DNA from: Octopus vulgaris
Taxonomy: Eukaryota
Assembly: GCA_951406725.2 (NCBI GenBank)
Contig: OX597818.1
Span: 87,048,001 to 87,112,000, forward strand
Length of the DNA stretch: 64,000 bases
Direction of reading: 5' to 3'
A program made the position numbers and the translations under genes. Below the pieces are notes generated by a model. It did no database searches. It had not been told where the DNA came from and worked only from the letters and a program-made list of their open reading frames with translations. Below, one piece after another: positions 24,857 through 39,409 of this stretch. The first letter of the stretch is position 1; each line of letters begins with the position of its first letter.

Positions 24857-25063
24857 CTCTCCTGTGTGACCCTTCTGTCCGGCATTCGCCATGATAGATC
24901 TCTAGCCACTACACATTCTTTATTTTCTCTCCTTGTTTCTTTCTGTGTTCCTTTCTGTGGAAGAGCATAGGCTCGAAACGTTAAAGACTTTTTCACTTCC
25001 CAAGCGTTAAGCTAATACATCTGTTGTCTACACCACCTGTCTTCGTCTTTTGTTTTTTTGTGA
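24856..25063 (+). mobile_element. Probable Penelope-like (pLTR) fragment inserted into the (TA)n tract of a SINE
   Basis: A block of about 208 bp flanked on both sides by (TA)n, interrupting a family-B SINE and containing the hammerhead-like motif. Confidence 0.5.
24951..24986 (+). ncRNA. Minimal hammerhead-like motif with a variant core
   Basis: CTTT-CTGTGGA-A-GAGC-ATAG-GCTC-GAAAC-GT-T-AAAG. Stems I and II are perfect and stem III is the palindrome AACGTT, but core position A6 is replaced by U. Confidence 0.55.
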
Positions 25064-25479
25064 ATATATATATATATATATTGTGTGTGTGTCTGTTTGT
25101 CCCCCCACCATCGCTTGACAGCTGATGTTGGTGGTGTTTACGTCCCTATAACTTATCAGTTCAGCAAAAAGAGACCGATAGGGCTTACAAAGAATAAGTC
25201 CTGGGGGCAATTTGTTCAATTGAAAAGCAGTGCTCCAGCATGGCCACAATGAAATGACTGAAACAAGTAAAAGAAAAAATACTACTTATTCGCAGATGGT
25301 GTAGTAACAATGCCCTTTATTTTGCTAATGGTAGAGCCAAATTTATTTTTAAATTAGTTTTAGACTTGGACTTTAGTTTTCCCCTAATGGCTTGTTCGGC
25401 CTGTTGCATTGATTAAACTGTTGACCTCCTTTATTGCGATATTTAAGTTACAGTATTCTACCTTTGCTTCAATTTATTT

Positions 25480-25870
25480 TGGAAATAAGGAAGCGTTTAG
25501 TGAAATAACTTTATTAAGAAGCTGGCGTATGGAACAAAACTGTACATGAAATTTTGATGGATGGTTCTAATTTATATCACTTTAACCTTTTTGTTACCAT
25601 ATTTCTGTTGAAATAGACAGTTTTAGTGAAATAACTGTTATTACAAAGCTGGTGTTTGGAACAAAAATGTACATGAAATTTTGATGGAAGATTTTAATTT
25701 GTATCACTTTAACCTTTTTGCTAGCATATTTCTGTTGAAATACACCGTTTTTATTACAATTAATTTGGAAAATCCTGAAGAATTTTAGTGAAATAACTTT
25801 AGTATGAAGGTGGTGTTTGGAACAAAAATTTACATAAATTTTCAAGGGAAGGTTTCAATTTATACCAATT
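25480..25870. repeat. Three imperfect tandem copies of a 125-165 bp unit
   Basis: Repeated tttagtgaaataact...ggtgtttggaacaaaa.tgtacatgaaattttgatgg. Confidence 0.75.
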
Positions 25871-26048
25871 GAAAATGTCGCTTAAAATCTTCCCGAGTCT
25901 TATATGTAAATTAGGATTTATTTTGCATGCTTCAATGTACTTACAAGTTTTTTTTCTCCTCTAAATATACTCTGCTGAAATTACGGTGCATCTAATATGA
26001 CTGTGTAACTTTTATGCCAGTAATCACCTCCAGAAAACATATGTTTGA

Positions 26049-26915
26049 CCCTTTAGCATTTAAACTAACCATATGAATCCTATAACTGCCCATGAGAGTC
26101 TTCTGTAGTTTGAGGGTTCTAACTCTTTGTGCTTGTTTTTATAAACTACTTATATGAGCTTTGTCCATTAGTTGTTTTAAAACTTTAGCATTTAAACTTG
26201 CCACATCCAGCCCACATCCATTTTATGTTCAAACTGACCAGATCTGGCCTCTCACACTTACCCTACAACATCATTCTAAAAATAAACAATCACAACACTG
26301 AAATCTAGAAGCCAGGTGATAATGCATAGTTAATTCAAAACAATGTGAATGCCGTAAAACCTCGAGTATAGTCCGCCCTTGAGTATAATACGCAGGGGAT
26401 TTTTAGGGGGCTGTACCTCTGAAAAACCTAAACCTTGTGTATAATACGCACCCCTTCTCTAACTTGAGTCAAGGAGGTCTATATAACATCCTTGGTTTGT
26501 AAAACTGTATATGGTAACGTCCTTTATTTTTATTGCATATATAACATAATGCAAACGTGCAGCTTTTGTGTGCATTTTGTTTGCAGAAAATAAAGAAATA
26601 ACACAGTTTCAGCAGTAATGTTTAATAAATGTTGCTGCAAGTTATGGATGATTCTTTTCTGACTTCATTGCTTTCAGGCTTAGCTTAAGGTATTTTTGCA
26701 CCCGACATCACAAAATGCGTCTGAATAAACATTGCCGGACAGCAAATAGAGACTCAGACATTGCTTAGAAAATATCTTTCATTTTTAACCTTGTATATAG
26801 TACACACTAGGGATTTTGACCTTTAAATTTTGGGGAAAAAATGCAGATTATACTCGAGGATTTACGGTAAATAAAAAAGCATTACCTTTGACAGAGTAAT
26901 CTGAATGTCAAAGGG
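26049..26915. mobile_element. piggyBac-type MITE carrying a nested Tc2/pogo-type element
   Basis: CCCTTTAGCATT ... AATGTCAAAGGG-TTAA ends, interrupted at a TA site by 26352-26867. Confidence 0.7.
26352..26867. mobile_element. Non-autonomous Tc1/mariner-superfamily (Tc2/pogo-like) DNA transposon
   Basis: TIRs CCGTAAAACCTCGAGTATAGTCCGC and GCAGATTATACTCGAGGATTTACGG, with TA on the right and TG (decayed TA) on the left. Removing it restores the host MITE sequence aatgtgaaTAaataa. Confidence 0.85.
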
Positions 26916-27214
26916 TTAAAATGAAGAATTGCAGCTAAGCAAAAAGCTCATAGCTAGAGTGATGTGCTTTTAAACTATGATACATACTGAAACCTAGAGA
27001 TAGGCTTCAATGAACTTGGTAAAAAGCCATTTGCCCTAATGTATTGAAATAATCAGCGAAAGTCCCTACTTTATTCCACTGCCCCCCTTGTTCTATATAT
27101 TATAGTTGCCAAACTGAAATCTTTCAGATTCCTAACGAGTTTGTACTTTTGATTAGCATTTGAAATAGTCATTAATTTTGACCTTGTTTATAGGAGTTGC
27201 TTGAAAGGCTATCG

Positions 27215-27371
27215 CAGGAGTGGCTGTGTGGTAGGTAGCTTGTTTACCAACCACATGGTTCCGGGTTCAGTCCCACTGCGTGGCACCTTGGGCAAGTGTC
27301 TTCTACTATAGCCTCGGGCTGACCAAAGCCTTGTGAGTGGATTTTGTAGACGGAAACTGAAAGAAGCCCGT

Positions 27372-27422
<51 letters not shown>

Positions 27423-27640
27423 ATATGTTTGTGTATCTGTGTTTGCCCCCCCTCACATCGCTTGACAACCTATGCTGGTGTGTTTACATCCCTGTAACTT
27501 TGCGGTTCAGCAAAAGACACTGATAGAATAATTACTAGGCTTACAAAGAATACGTCCTGGGCTCAATTTACTCGACTAAAGGTCTTGCTCCAGCATGGCC
27601 ACAGTCAAATGACTGAAACAAGTGAAAGAGTAAAAGAGTT
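27215..27640 (+). mobile_element. SINE family B
   Basis: Full-length copy. Confidence 0.85.
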
Positions 27641-27807
27641 GTTTGTTCTGGCTCTTGATGTTTCTTGGTTCAAATCTTGCCGAGGTCAACGTAGCCTTCC
27701 ATATTTTCAGGGTTGGTAAAATGAAGTGCCAGTCAAGAACTAGAGTTCATGGTACAATCTAACTCCCTCCCTACAAAATTGCTGGCCTTGTGCCTAAATT
27801 AGAAACA

Positions 27808-27845
<38 letters not shown>

Positions 27846-28029
27846 CATCATCATCAAGGTAGTGAGCTGGCAGCATTGTTACGACGCAGGGAGAAAATGC
27901 TTTGCAGCGTTTCTTCCAGCTTTACATTCTGAGTTCAAACTCTGTTATGGTTGACTTTGCCTTTCATTGTTTGAGGGTCAATAAAATAATTATCAGTTGA
28001 GTACTGGGGTCAATGTCATCAACTTGTCC

Positions 28030-28085
28030 CTTTATACGCACTTTCTGACAAGTTGTGGTGCACCTGAGCACTGTATACAATAATT

Positions 28086-28125
<40 letters not shown>
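28030..28125 (+). mobile_element. CR1-type LINE extreme 3' tail
   Basis: Near-identical to 17826-17886 and followed by (ATT)n. Confidence 0.7.
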
Positions 28126-28127
<2 letters not shown>

Positions 28128-28425
28128 CCTCTCAGGATTGATAAAGTACCAGTGAAACACGGGAGTCGATGTGATTGACTAGTCCCCTCCTCCAAAATTT
28201 CAGGCCTTGTGCCTTTAGTAGAAAGAATTATTATTGAGGCGATGAGCTGGTGGGCAAAACGCTTAGCAGCATTTCGTCCATTTTCACTGGATGGGATGAT
28301 GGTGGTCTGTTGGAGGTAGCACCACACTGCAAGCCATCGATGTCAAATATAAATTCCAGTGTGCCTCCTCTGCTTATCATGTTAAGCTATGCCATATTGA
28401 GATCTGAACCAACGATCTCTTGGTT

Positions 28426-28785
28426 CACTTCTGTATTTAAGAGATGAGGAATTATGTATATTAGTTACATTATTTATATTCAACAGATATTTGTCCTCAT
28501 CTTGTTTGGTGTTAACACAACGCCATATTCCCACGGGCATATGGCGTAGTGGTTAAGAGTGCGGGCTACTAACCCCAAGATTCTGAGTTTGATTCCAAGC
28601 AGTGACCTGAACAATAATAATAATAATGATAACATCAAAAAATACCTTAGGAATGAGAACCCAGGTTTGAAATTTCCTCAAGACACCTGAAGAAGGCTGG
28701 AGGGTATATCAGCCAAAACATTGTGTTAACAACAAACAAGATGAGGACAAATATCCGTGGAATGTAAATGATGTAAATAATGGAC
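28426..28785 (+). mobile_element. Chimeric non-autonomous retroelement: tRNA-derived head, hammerhead-like motif and inverted 3' duplication (Penelope-like architecture), with a 9-bp TSD
   Basis: TSD CTCTTGGTT at 28417-28425 and 28786-28794. A box TGGCGTAGTGG at 28542-28552 and B-box-like GAGTTTGATTCC at 28585-28596. The segment 28426-28522 is an inverted copy of the 3' end beginning at about 28719. Confidence 0.7.
28682..28727 (+). ncRNA. Minimal type I hammerhead ribozyme motif, degenerate copy
   Basis: GACAC-CTGAAGA-A-GGCTG-(10 nt)-CAGCC-AAAAC-ATT-GTGTT. Stems I and II are intact, but GAAAC reads AAAAC and CGT reads CAT, consistent with CpG decay. The inverted copy at 28513-28522 preserves CGTTGTGT. 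Confidence 0.6.
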
Positions 28786-29921
28786 CTCTTGGTTGTTTGT
28801 CTGATTGTGATGACTGACTCAATCAATCATATCTACTGGATGTGACCTGGCAACCTTAACTCCACTACTTCTTGCCCTCTGACACTCCCCACTACACATT
28901 CATGTGTTTGCATGCATGTGTCAATGCATGTATGTATATGTGTGTATACATGTATGTATATGTGTATGTATGTATGTCTATTTGTGGGGGACAAAGCTTT
29001 TAGGTATAAACCACTTCTCACCTATAACAACCGAATCGCCACCCCCTTCTACTTCACCCTTCCTGCTTCTTCACACTCATTGACCTACCCATCCAAGAAT
29101 AACTGCAGTACCAAACAATCCACCCAAGTAACCCATCTTTTATAGCCTTTTATTTATTTATCTTCTTCTTCTTCTTCTTCTTCTTCTTCTTCTCCGTCTT
29201 CTTTTTCTTTTCTTTTTCGCTTCTTCTTCTTCTCCTCCTCTGTCTTCTTCTTTTCCGTCTTCTTCTCTGTCTTCTTCTTCCATCTTAAGTGTCCTTGACA
29301 TTTCTTAATGGTTCGTTTAGTTGAGGTGAAGAGTTTCATTAAAGAATCTTCTCCTGCTTCGTTTGTATTTCAAAATAGATTTCCTGAGATCACATGGGGG
29401 GCAGGGCTGGGCAGTTCAGGTGGGGTGGCAAACAGCATCCATTTTTACAAACAGGTGAAATAAAATGGCTGGAGTGGTGGTGGAGGAGGGCGATAAAAAT
29501 GGGGACTGTGTGGTATTCATGCCTTTCCAAAAATGCAAAATCATATCTGGAGAACAATGACAACTACCCTTCCCCTTGCTAGTCAGCTGACCCACCACCA
29601 CCACCACCCTGCTTCATTTGCATTTTCATTATTTACCTGAGGTCTCTTCCAAGACTGACTGAATTAGACTGTAGTGCACCACTCAAGCACTTCTACATTC
29701 TTCAATCACTCCCACCTGCTCCTTTTTCTCTCTCTTTCCTTCATCTCCAATACAATGGCACCCTTCTCTCTCTCTTTGTTACATATTCTCCTCCTTTCCT
29801 GCCCCTCCTTGCCACCAATTAACTTTGACATAGTTTCTCCAAGAGATATATCTGGACAGCTTTCTTACAAGTGCTTCTATTGTGATAGTGGTTTTTCTTT
29901 AGCATGAAGCAGTGTGTGTAT

Positions 29922-30026
<105 letters not shown>

Positions 30027-30139
30027 CACTTGTGTACTTATATACATGTGTGTTTATAGCTATACATGTGTGCACATATGTGCATGCACATGCATGTATA
30101 CACGTACGTATATGTAAATGTGTTTGCCGACCGCTTGAT

Positions 30140-30469
30140 TCCGGGTTCAGTCCCACTGCATGGTACCTTGGGCAAGTGTCTTCTACTATAGCTTCAAGCC
30201 AACCAAAGCCTTGTGAGTGGATTTGGTAGACGGAAACTGAAAGAAGCCCGTTGTATATATGTATAGTTGTGTGTCTGTGTTTGTCTCCCCCAACATCGCT
30301 TGACAACTGATGCTGGTGGTGCGTTTATATCCCTGTAACTTAGTGGTTCGACAAAAGAGACTGATAGAATAAATACTAGGCTTCCAAATAATAAGTTCTG
30401 GGGTTGATTTGTTCGACTAAAGGCAGTGCTCCAGCATGGCTGCACTCAAAATGACTGAAACAAGTAAAA

Positions 30470-30472
<3 letters not shown>
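30140..30472 (+). mobile_element. SINE family B (5'-truncated)
   Basis: Matches family B from the B-box region to the tail. Confidence 0.8.
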
Positions 30473-30526
<54 letters not shown>

Positions 30527-30930
30527 GGAGAGAGATAGAATGAGAGATATTTCATTATTAATAGTGGGCAGAAGACAGACTGATTCAAGGGCCGAGAGTT
30601 TTGCTCTTTGACACTTAACTGTTTATTACAAAATGCCAAGCAAAACTGAGTATATTTAGCAAGGTATCTTCTTTAAAATAAGACTCCTGAAGCGATGCAT
30701 TCTGCAATAGTGGAGGCAACACACCCAGTTGTACAATATCCTACCTACAAGGGACTGATGCAGGATGGGTCAAAATGATTGTGTTGAATAACAATACTTG
30801 CGAACTCCATTTTCCATTATATATACATATATATAATAATAATTGTTATTTGAGGGAATATTAATCCTAACTTACAGGGAAAAAAATTCAATTTAGAAAT
30901 ACTAAATCAAATTTCACACAATATAAAATA

Positions 30931-31222
30931 TATATATATAAATTAGAAAAAAACACCTTTTATCAATTCAAAATGAACAATTAAATTACACCATCTAGAA
31001 AATTAAATATAATAGAAATATTAAAATTAAAATAACAATAAAATACCAATGATTCTACTAATTAAATACGTTTTTATTATTTTTTTGCAATTTACTTTAT
31101 CATTGGTATTTTATTGTTATTTTAAGTTTAATATTTCTATTATATGTAATTTTCTAGATGGTGTAATTTAATTGTTCATTTTGAATTGATAAAAGGTAGT
31201 TTTTTTCTAATTTATATATATA
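30931..31222. repeat. Long AT-rich inverted repeat (arms of about 120 bp, spacer of about 45 bp)
   Basis: 30931-31053 is the near-perfect reverse complement of 31099-31222. Confidence 0.85.
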
Positions 31223-31597
31223 TATGTTATACATACACGCACACATAATCAGGACATCATTAATGCATTTTAAAATTATATTTATTAGAATATTTTTACC
31301 CTTAAATTCTAATCTGACATATGTTTCTGTTGGATAAGGGTACCAGTGTCCTTCGATGTGCATTTAGTTGATGTAGAGGTATCTGCCTGGATTTCCAATC
31401 TGTGTTCCTTTATGCTATATATATATAGAGAGAGAGAGAGAGAGACACACACACACATACATACATACACATGCACTCAGAGATATAAGGAGGGAAATAT
31501 GTTGTGTATTTATATGTGTGTGTGTGTATAAATATACGTATGTATAGTGAATTCCACTGATACAGGTGTGAATGTGTGTAAGTTAGTAGATTGCATC

Positions 31598-31833
31598 AGG
31601 CGGCGAGCTGGCAGAAACGTTAGCATGCCGGGCGAAGGGCTTTGCGGTATTTCGTCCGCCACTGCGTTGCGTTCTGAGTTCAAATTCCGCCAAGGTTGAC
31701 TTTGCCTTTCATCCTTTTGGGGTTGATAAATTAAGTATCAGTTATGCACTGGGGTCGATGTAATCGACTTAATACCTATGTCTGTCCTTATTTGTCCCCT
31801 CTATGTTTAGCCCCTTGTGGGTAATAAAGAAAT
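31598..31833 (+). mobile_element. SINE family A with a TSD
   Basis: Full copy flanked by the direct repeat TAGTAGATTGCATCA (about 31583-31598 and about 31836-31851). Confidence 0.85.
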
Positions 31834-31882
31834 AGGTAGTAGATTGCATCAACATTTTTGTGTGTATGTTTGTATTCATATA

Positions 31883-31914
<32 letters not shown>

Positions 31915-32843
31915 CATGTATGTATGAAAGTTTGTATATTTGCACACGATAGACTACCTGTCTTTTACTGTTTGCATTCTCCAGTGCTCTAAACCCACAC
32001 ATACTTTAAATTACACACACACACACACACACTAAATAAATACATGCAAATACACACTCAGTTTAAATACACATGTGGAAGTACAAACATACAATTTAAA
32101 TACATGCATGCAAATACTCTCTCTCACGCACACACACACACACACATCAAACAGACAAAGTAAGCATGATACCTGGCCCATCACAATCTAGGTGTGTTAA
32201 ACACCAATTAACTAATGTTGACTTGGGGTTTTGTTTGTCTCCTTTCTCTCTCTCTCACAAATCCTCTAAAAAGAAGACCTTACAATAAGGTTCTTACAAT
32301 TGTCTCCTCCCCGCCATCAAATATGGGGTAGATATTGATGTCTCGGCCCCACCCTGTCCTTGGTTTCATCACCATCAAAGCACCATCATCACAGACTAAT
32401 GCACTATAATACATTCTATCACCACCCTCTTCTCACTACCACCACCACCACCACCACCACCATTACTGCTATAACACTGCCAGCATTGTTATCATTATCA
32501 ATGTCATCATCGTCAACACCTTCAGCATCACCACCACCATCACCATCATTATCATCACTACCACCACCACCACTGTATATCATAACCATTAGAACACATT
32601 ACCATCACTACCATGACAGCCTATCATAATCACCCTTTACAACACATCCAATACTACCCATCATCACCACCAACCACCATATGACCACCACCACTACCAC
32701 TCCTGATATCACCTACCATTATGCACACAACACCACACCACCACCGCCCATCACCAGCACCCACCATATGGCTATTTCCATCCCCCTGCCATCAACACCC
32801 CTACACTATCATTATCCCCACACCAGCACCACCTGCTATGTTG

Positions 32844-34610
<1,767 letters not shown>

Positions 34611-35118
34611 TATGGATATGTATGTATGTAGTATATAACATATACACATGCAAATACATTAATACATGTACAAGCATTTCATGCATAACAACACAAACAT
34701 TATATATACATGCTAGTACATGTACTAATATACACACCAGTACTCACACATACACTCACACACAGACCATCACAGACATGCATACATGTACACACACATA
34801 CAGAGCACTATGCATACATACAGACATCAGTATACACACACACACACGCACACACACACACACACAAATAATAGTGGGTACATCAATACACACACACGTA
34901 CACTAAATAGTACAATCACCATACACTCACAAACACACACGTACGCACACTTGTACAGACACATTTGTATACACATATACATGTTCACAGTTATACACAC
35001 AAACATGCAGGCATACATACATACAAGGTTGTACATACAGACTTACACTGTTGTACATATACATGCACAATCATACATACACACACAATTGTACATACAA
35101 ACACACATATTTAACTGT

Positions 35119-35181
<63 letters not shown>

Positions 35182-35390
35182 CACACACACACACAATTAT
35201 GGGCACACGCAGAGATATTCAGTTGTACATTTATATGCACATGCACACAGACATACACAGTTGTGCACACACGTACATACACACAGTTGTACACATACAT
35301 GCAGACATACACAGACACACAAACACACAGGCATACACAATTGTATGCATATGCACACATGTACACAGTTATACACATACAGACAGACGG

Positions 35391-35425
<35 letters not shown>

Positions 35426-35917
35426 GTCGTAATGATCCCTATATTCCCCCTCGCCATTCCTCCTCCAATCACTACCTTCCCCACCAGCGCTGTATTTTCC
35501 ACGATAGCAGCACCATCTCGCTGGTCTTTAGCTTCCTCTGGCTTCTACTAACACACTGTTGCCATATGTTCTACATAGTTGCAGTATTGGCGGCAGCACA
35601 ACCACTGCTCTTCACACTGCAGCCACGATGCCACTGTCAGCATCCCTAGCTATACGGCTGTTTGCAGGTATATGTGCACTTTATTTATCCCACATTGCAT
35701 GCATGCGTCACTCTTTCTATTTATGCATGTTCATAGGTTGATATATATACACACACATGCATAAACATATGTGATACAACATTTCAAAATATATATATAT
35801 ATATATCCATCCATCCAGCCATACAGTTATATAGATGTGTGTGTTTAGATATATATATATATATATTTATCCACGCAGATATATGTGTGCAGACATGCAT
35901 ACATACATACATTCATT

Positions 35918-35962
<45 letters not shown>

Positions 35963-36142
35963 TGCATGCATGTGTATATGTATATACACACACATGCGTG
36001 CCAATAACTATGAATGTATTTATGTTGATATACACACACACTCACACACATGTATATACATACATCCATAGTTTGTTGACATGCTTTTTTTTATATCTTT
36101 ATTCATAATTTTGTGTATACAAATATATGTAATGTATGACTT

Positions 36143-36176
<34 letters not shown>

Positions 36177-37150
36177 TTATATACATACATTTATATATAT
36201 GTATATATACGTACATATATATATATATATATATACATACATACATACATACATACATATATGTATATATACATACACACACACACACAGATGTAAATAT
36301 ATACTTATGTATGAGTTTTCGTGCATGATCCTGTATGTATGTATGTGTGTGTGATTGTGTATTTGTGCATACTCATGCACAAAATCTACATTTTTATGCT
36401 TGCATTTGCGCCCTCACATACAAACATACAAAATGCTGACACTCATACCCACATGACCAGTTGTAAACAACAACAGCAGCGACAGCAACACCACCAGCAA
36501 CAACATATCTAACTATATTTACGATGAGAATTTCACTAGCGTGTCATGTCTGACCGATTCTCCCAGGGTATCAATATAACTCAATGAAGGATGGAACTCT
36601 TCCAACTTATATCTGGCTTCGTCAGGCCTTCTGTGTCCTAGATACAAACGGACATGGAATTATTTAGTGGTGCTCCAACGATCTATTTATTTATTTAGTT
36701 ATTTATTTAATTATTTAATTTTTTTTTTTCATTTATTTGTGTTTTTTGTCCAAAGCAACTGGCTTTTGTGGAAATTGTAAAAATGACTAACATTTGCACA
36801 ATTTTTGCAACCCAGTGGATTCTTCGGGTTTTGGGTATTGAGTCATTTACCATCCTTCAGGCATCGAGGATCCTTCTACCACTACCACCACTCCTGTTAC
36901 TATCGCCACTACTGCTATTTGTACTGCTATTACTATCAACACTATTGTACTATTACTACTGCGTATCACACATTCACACACACGTGTGTGTGTGTATATG
37001 TGTGTGTTTATGTATAGTATGACCCATGCAAACATGGAAAGGTGTACATTTGAATGACAATAATGTGTGTGCATGTATACATACATACATATATCTATAT
37101 ACACACAACACAGGATGGTTAACACAACCTCTAATTATATATATATGTAT

Positions 37151-37254
37151 ACTTTGTTTTGGTATTTGGTTTGCAAGATTCTTTGTGTGAGTTCGTGTGT
37201 TGAAGCATATTTTGTCGTGTGTCTTGTGTCTGTCTCTCCCCAGACACAACTATG

Positions 37255-37304
<50 letters not shown>

Positions 37305-37329
37305 TTATAATATGTATACACATATATAA

Positions 37330-37365
<36 letters not shown>

Positions 37366-37385
37366 ATATGTATACACATATATAA

Positions 37386-37430
<45 letters not shown>

Positions 37431-37638
37431 TCATGTGCTTTACTGTACAAAACTTATACAGCAGCCCAGAATTTCTGAAGGCCCATGCTATTACTTAGTT
37501 AGTCATTGAACCCACACTAAGTTCATCCATCCTTTTGATTAATCATGTTTTTAAGTCCTCGGTTTCTAGCAACCCTTCTCACTAGGCAAGCCTAGTCACC
37601 AGTTCACTCGCCAACGACCCGACCATGCAATTGATAGT

Positions 37639-37677
<39 letters not shown>

Positions 37678-37774
37678 GTCTGGGGAGAGACAGACACAAC
37701 AAGCCAGACAACAAAATATGCTTCAACACACGAACTCGCACAAAAATCTTGTAAACCAAATCCCAAAACGAAGT
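37151..37774. repeat. Inverted pair of about 100-bp repeat fragments embedded in (TA)n
   Basis: 37151-37250 is the reverse complement of 37673-37774; a related fragment lies at about 590-660. Confidence 0.8.
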
Positions 37775-37948
37775 GTGTGTATATATATATATATATGATT
37801 AGAGGTTGTGTTAATCTCATGAATGGATGGTTTCATCCAAAGAAATAGAATAAGTGAAGATGACTAATTTGCTGTTAATAATAAACAATTACTAACTTCC
37901 CAATCAACATTTTCTTTTAAATGAATATATACATGTGTGCACACACAC

Positions 37949-38017
<69 letters not shown>

Positions 38018-38129
38018 TATATATACACACATTTCAACTATGTTATAATACTATTATATATCAGCTGTTACATTGAATAGTATTGTCATTTATCAGGTGT
38101 ATTGTATAGTGCTATCATATATACACATA

Positions 38130-38365
38130 CAGGGTGGCCCAAACGTAGGTTTACAGTTATCACGCGAACACTTCAAATTTCTTTTAAAACATTTTATTAC
38201 ATTTAAATTTCGTTCTTAGAAACTGAAAAGGGAGCTTGACAAAATTAACTAAATTAGCATAGAATAATGGTTTCATATTTTTTTTATAATTAAGATCTAA
38301 ACTGTTAATATGTGAATGCGAAAGAGATAGTTGAATAACTGTGAACCTATTTTGGGGCCACCCTG
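38130..38365. mobile_element. Tc1/mariner-type MITE
   Basis: TIRs of about 31 bp, CAGGGTGGCCCAAACGTAGGTTTACAGTTAT and ATAACTGTGAACCTATTTTGGGGCCACCCTG, with TA on the left and TG on the right. Confidence 0.85.
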
Positions 38366-38830
38366 TGTGTGTGTGTGGAGGGGGGGTGCGATGATGTTGA
38401 TCGTCCTTATTATTTTAACATCCACTTTCATTTGGGGTGGATGGAATTCATTAAAACAAATTTCCTGTGGCTGGATTCTCTTTCTGTCTCCAGCCCTCAC
38501 CTGTTGCCAAGCAAGTGGAACACATTGGCTTAGTGGTTAGGGTGTTGGACTCATGATTGTAACATCGTGGTTTCAATTCCTGGATGGGGCAAAATGTTCA
38601 TTTCACATTGCTCCAGTCTACTCAGCTGGCAAAAATGAGTAACCCTGCTACAGATCAGCATCCCATGCAAGTAGGATATATATAAGCCATGGAAACCGGA
38701 TATGAGAAGGTAACCATTACTTTTTGTTGCCAAGTAAGTTAATATTTCTGGAAGACTAGATGTATTCACATCTATCATATAATGTTGACAAAGCATCCTG
38801 AAGAGAAACACAAACTCTTTCTCTCTTTCT

Positions 38831-38887
<57 letters not shown>

Positions 38888-39377
38888 AATATATACTTAT
38901 ACGACAGACTTCTTTCAGTTTCCATCTACGAAATCCAGGAATGTGGGAGCACCATGATCTCAAGTGCAAGCAAAAGATCCCCAAAATATTCAATGCCATT
39001 ACTTCCATAACTGGTTTTATATCAGAATGACCTAGAGGCATGCTTTAACAAAAACTAAGGGGTACCCCACTCCCAGTAGTCTTCTAGCATGCCGTGTACC
39101 AACTTCAGAATGGGACCAATGTAAATTACAATTGTAAATATATATATATCATCATCATCATTTAGCGTCTGCTTTCCATGCTAGCATGGATATATATATG
39201 TGTGTGTGTGTGTGCGCGCGCGCAGGTGTGGCTGTGTGGTTAAGAAGTTTGCTTCCGAACAACATGGTTTTGGGTTCAGTCCCACTGTGAGGCTCCCTGG
39301 GCAAATGTCATCTGCTATAGCCCTGGGATGGCCTAAATCTTCTGAGTAGATATGGTAAATGGAACCTGAAAGAAGCT

Positions 39378-39409
<32 letters not shown>

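Larger units (their letters stand above)
24652..25275 (+). mobile_element. SINE family B interrupted by a Penelope-like fragment
   Basis: 5' half at 24652-24855 and 3' half at 25064-25275. Confidence 0.8.
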
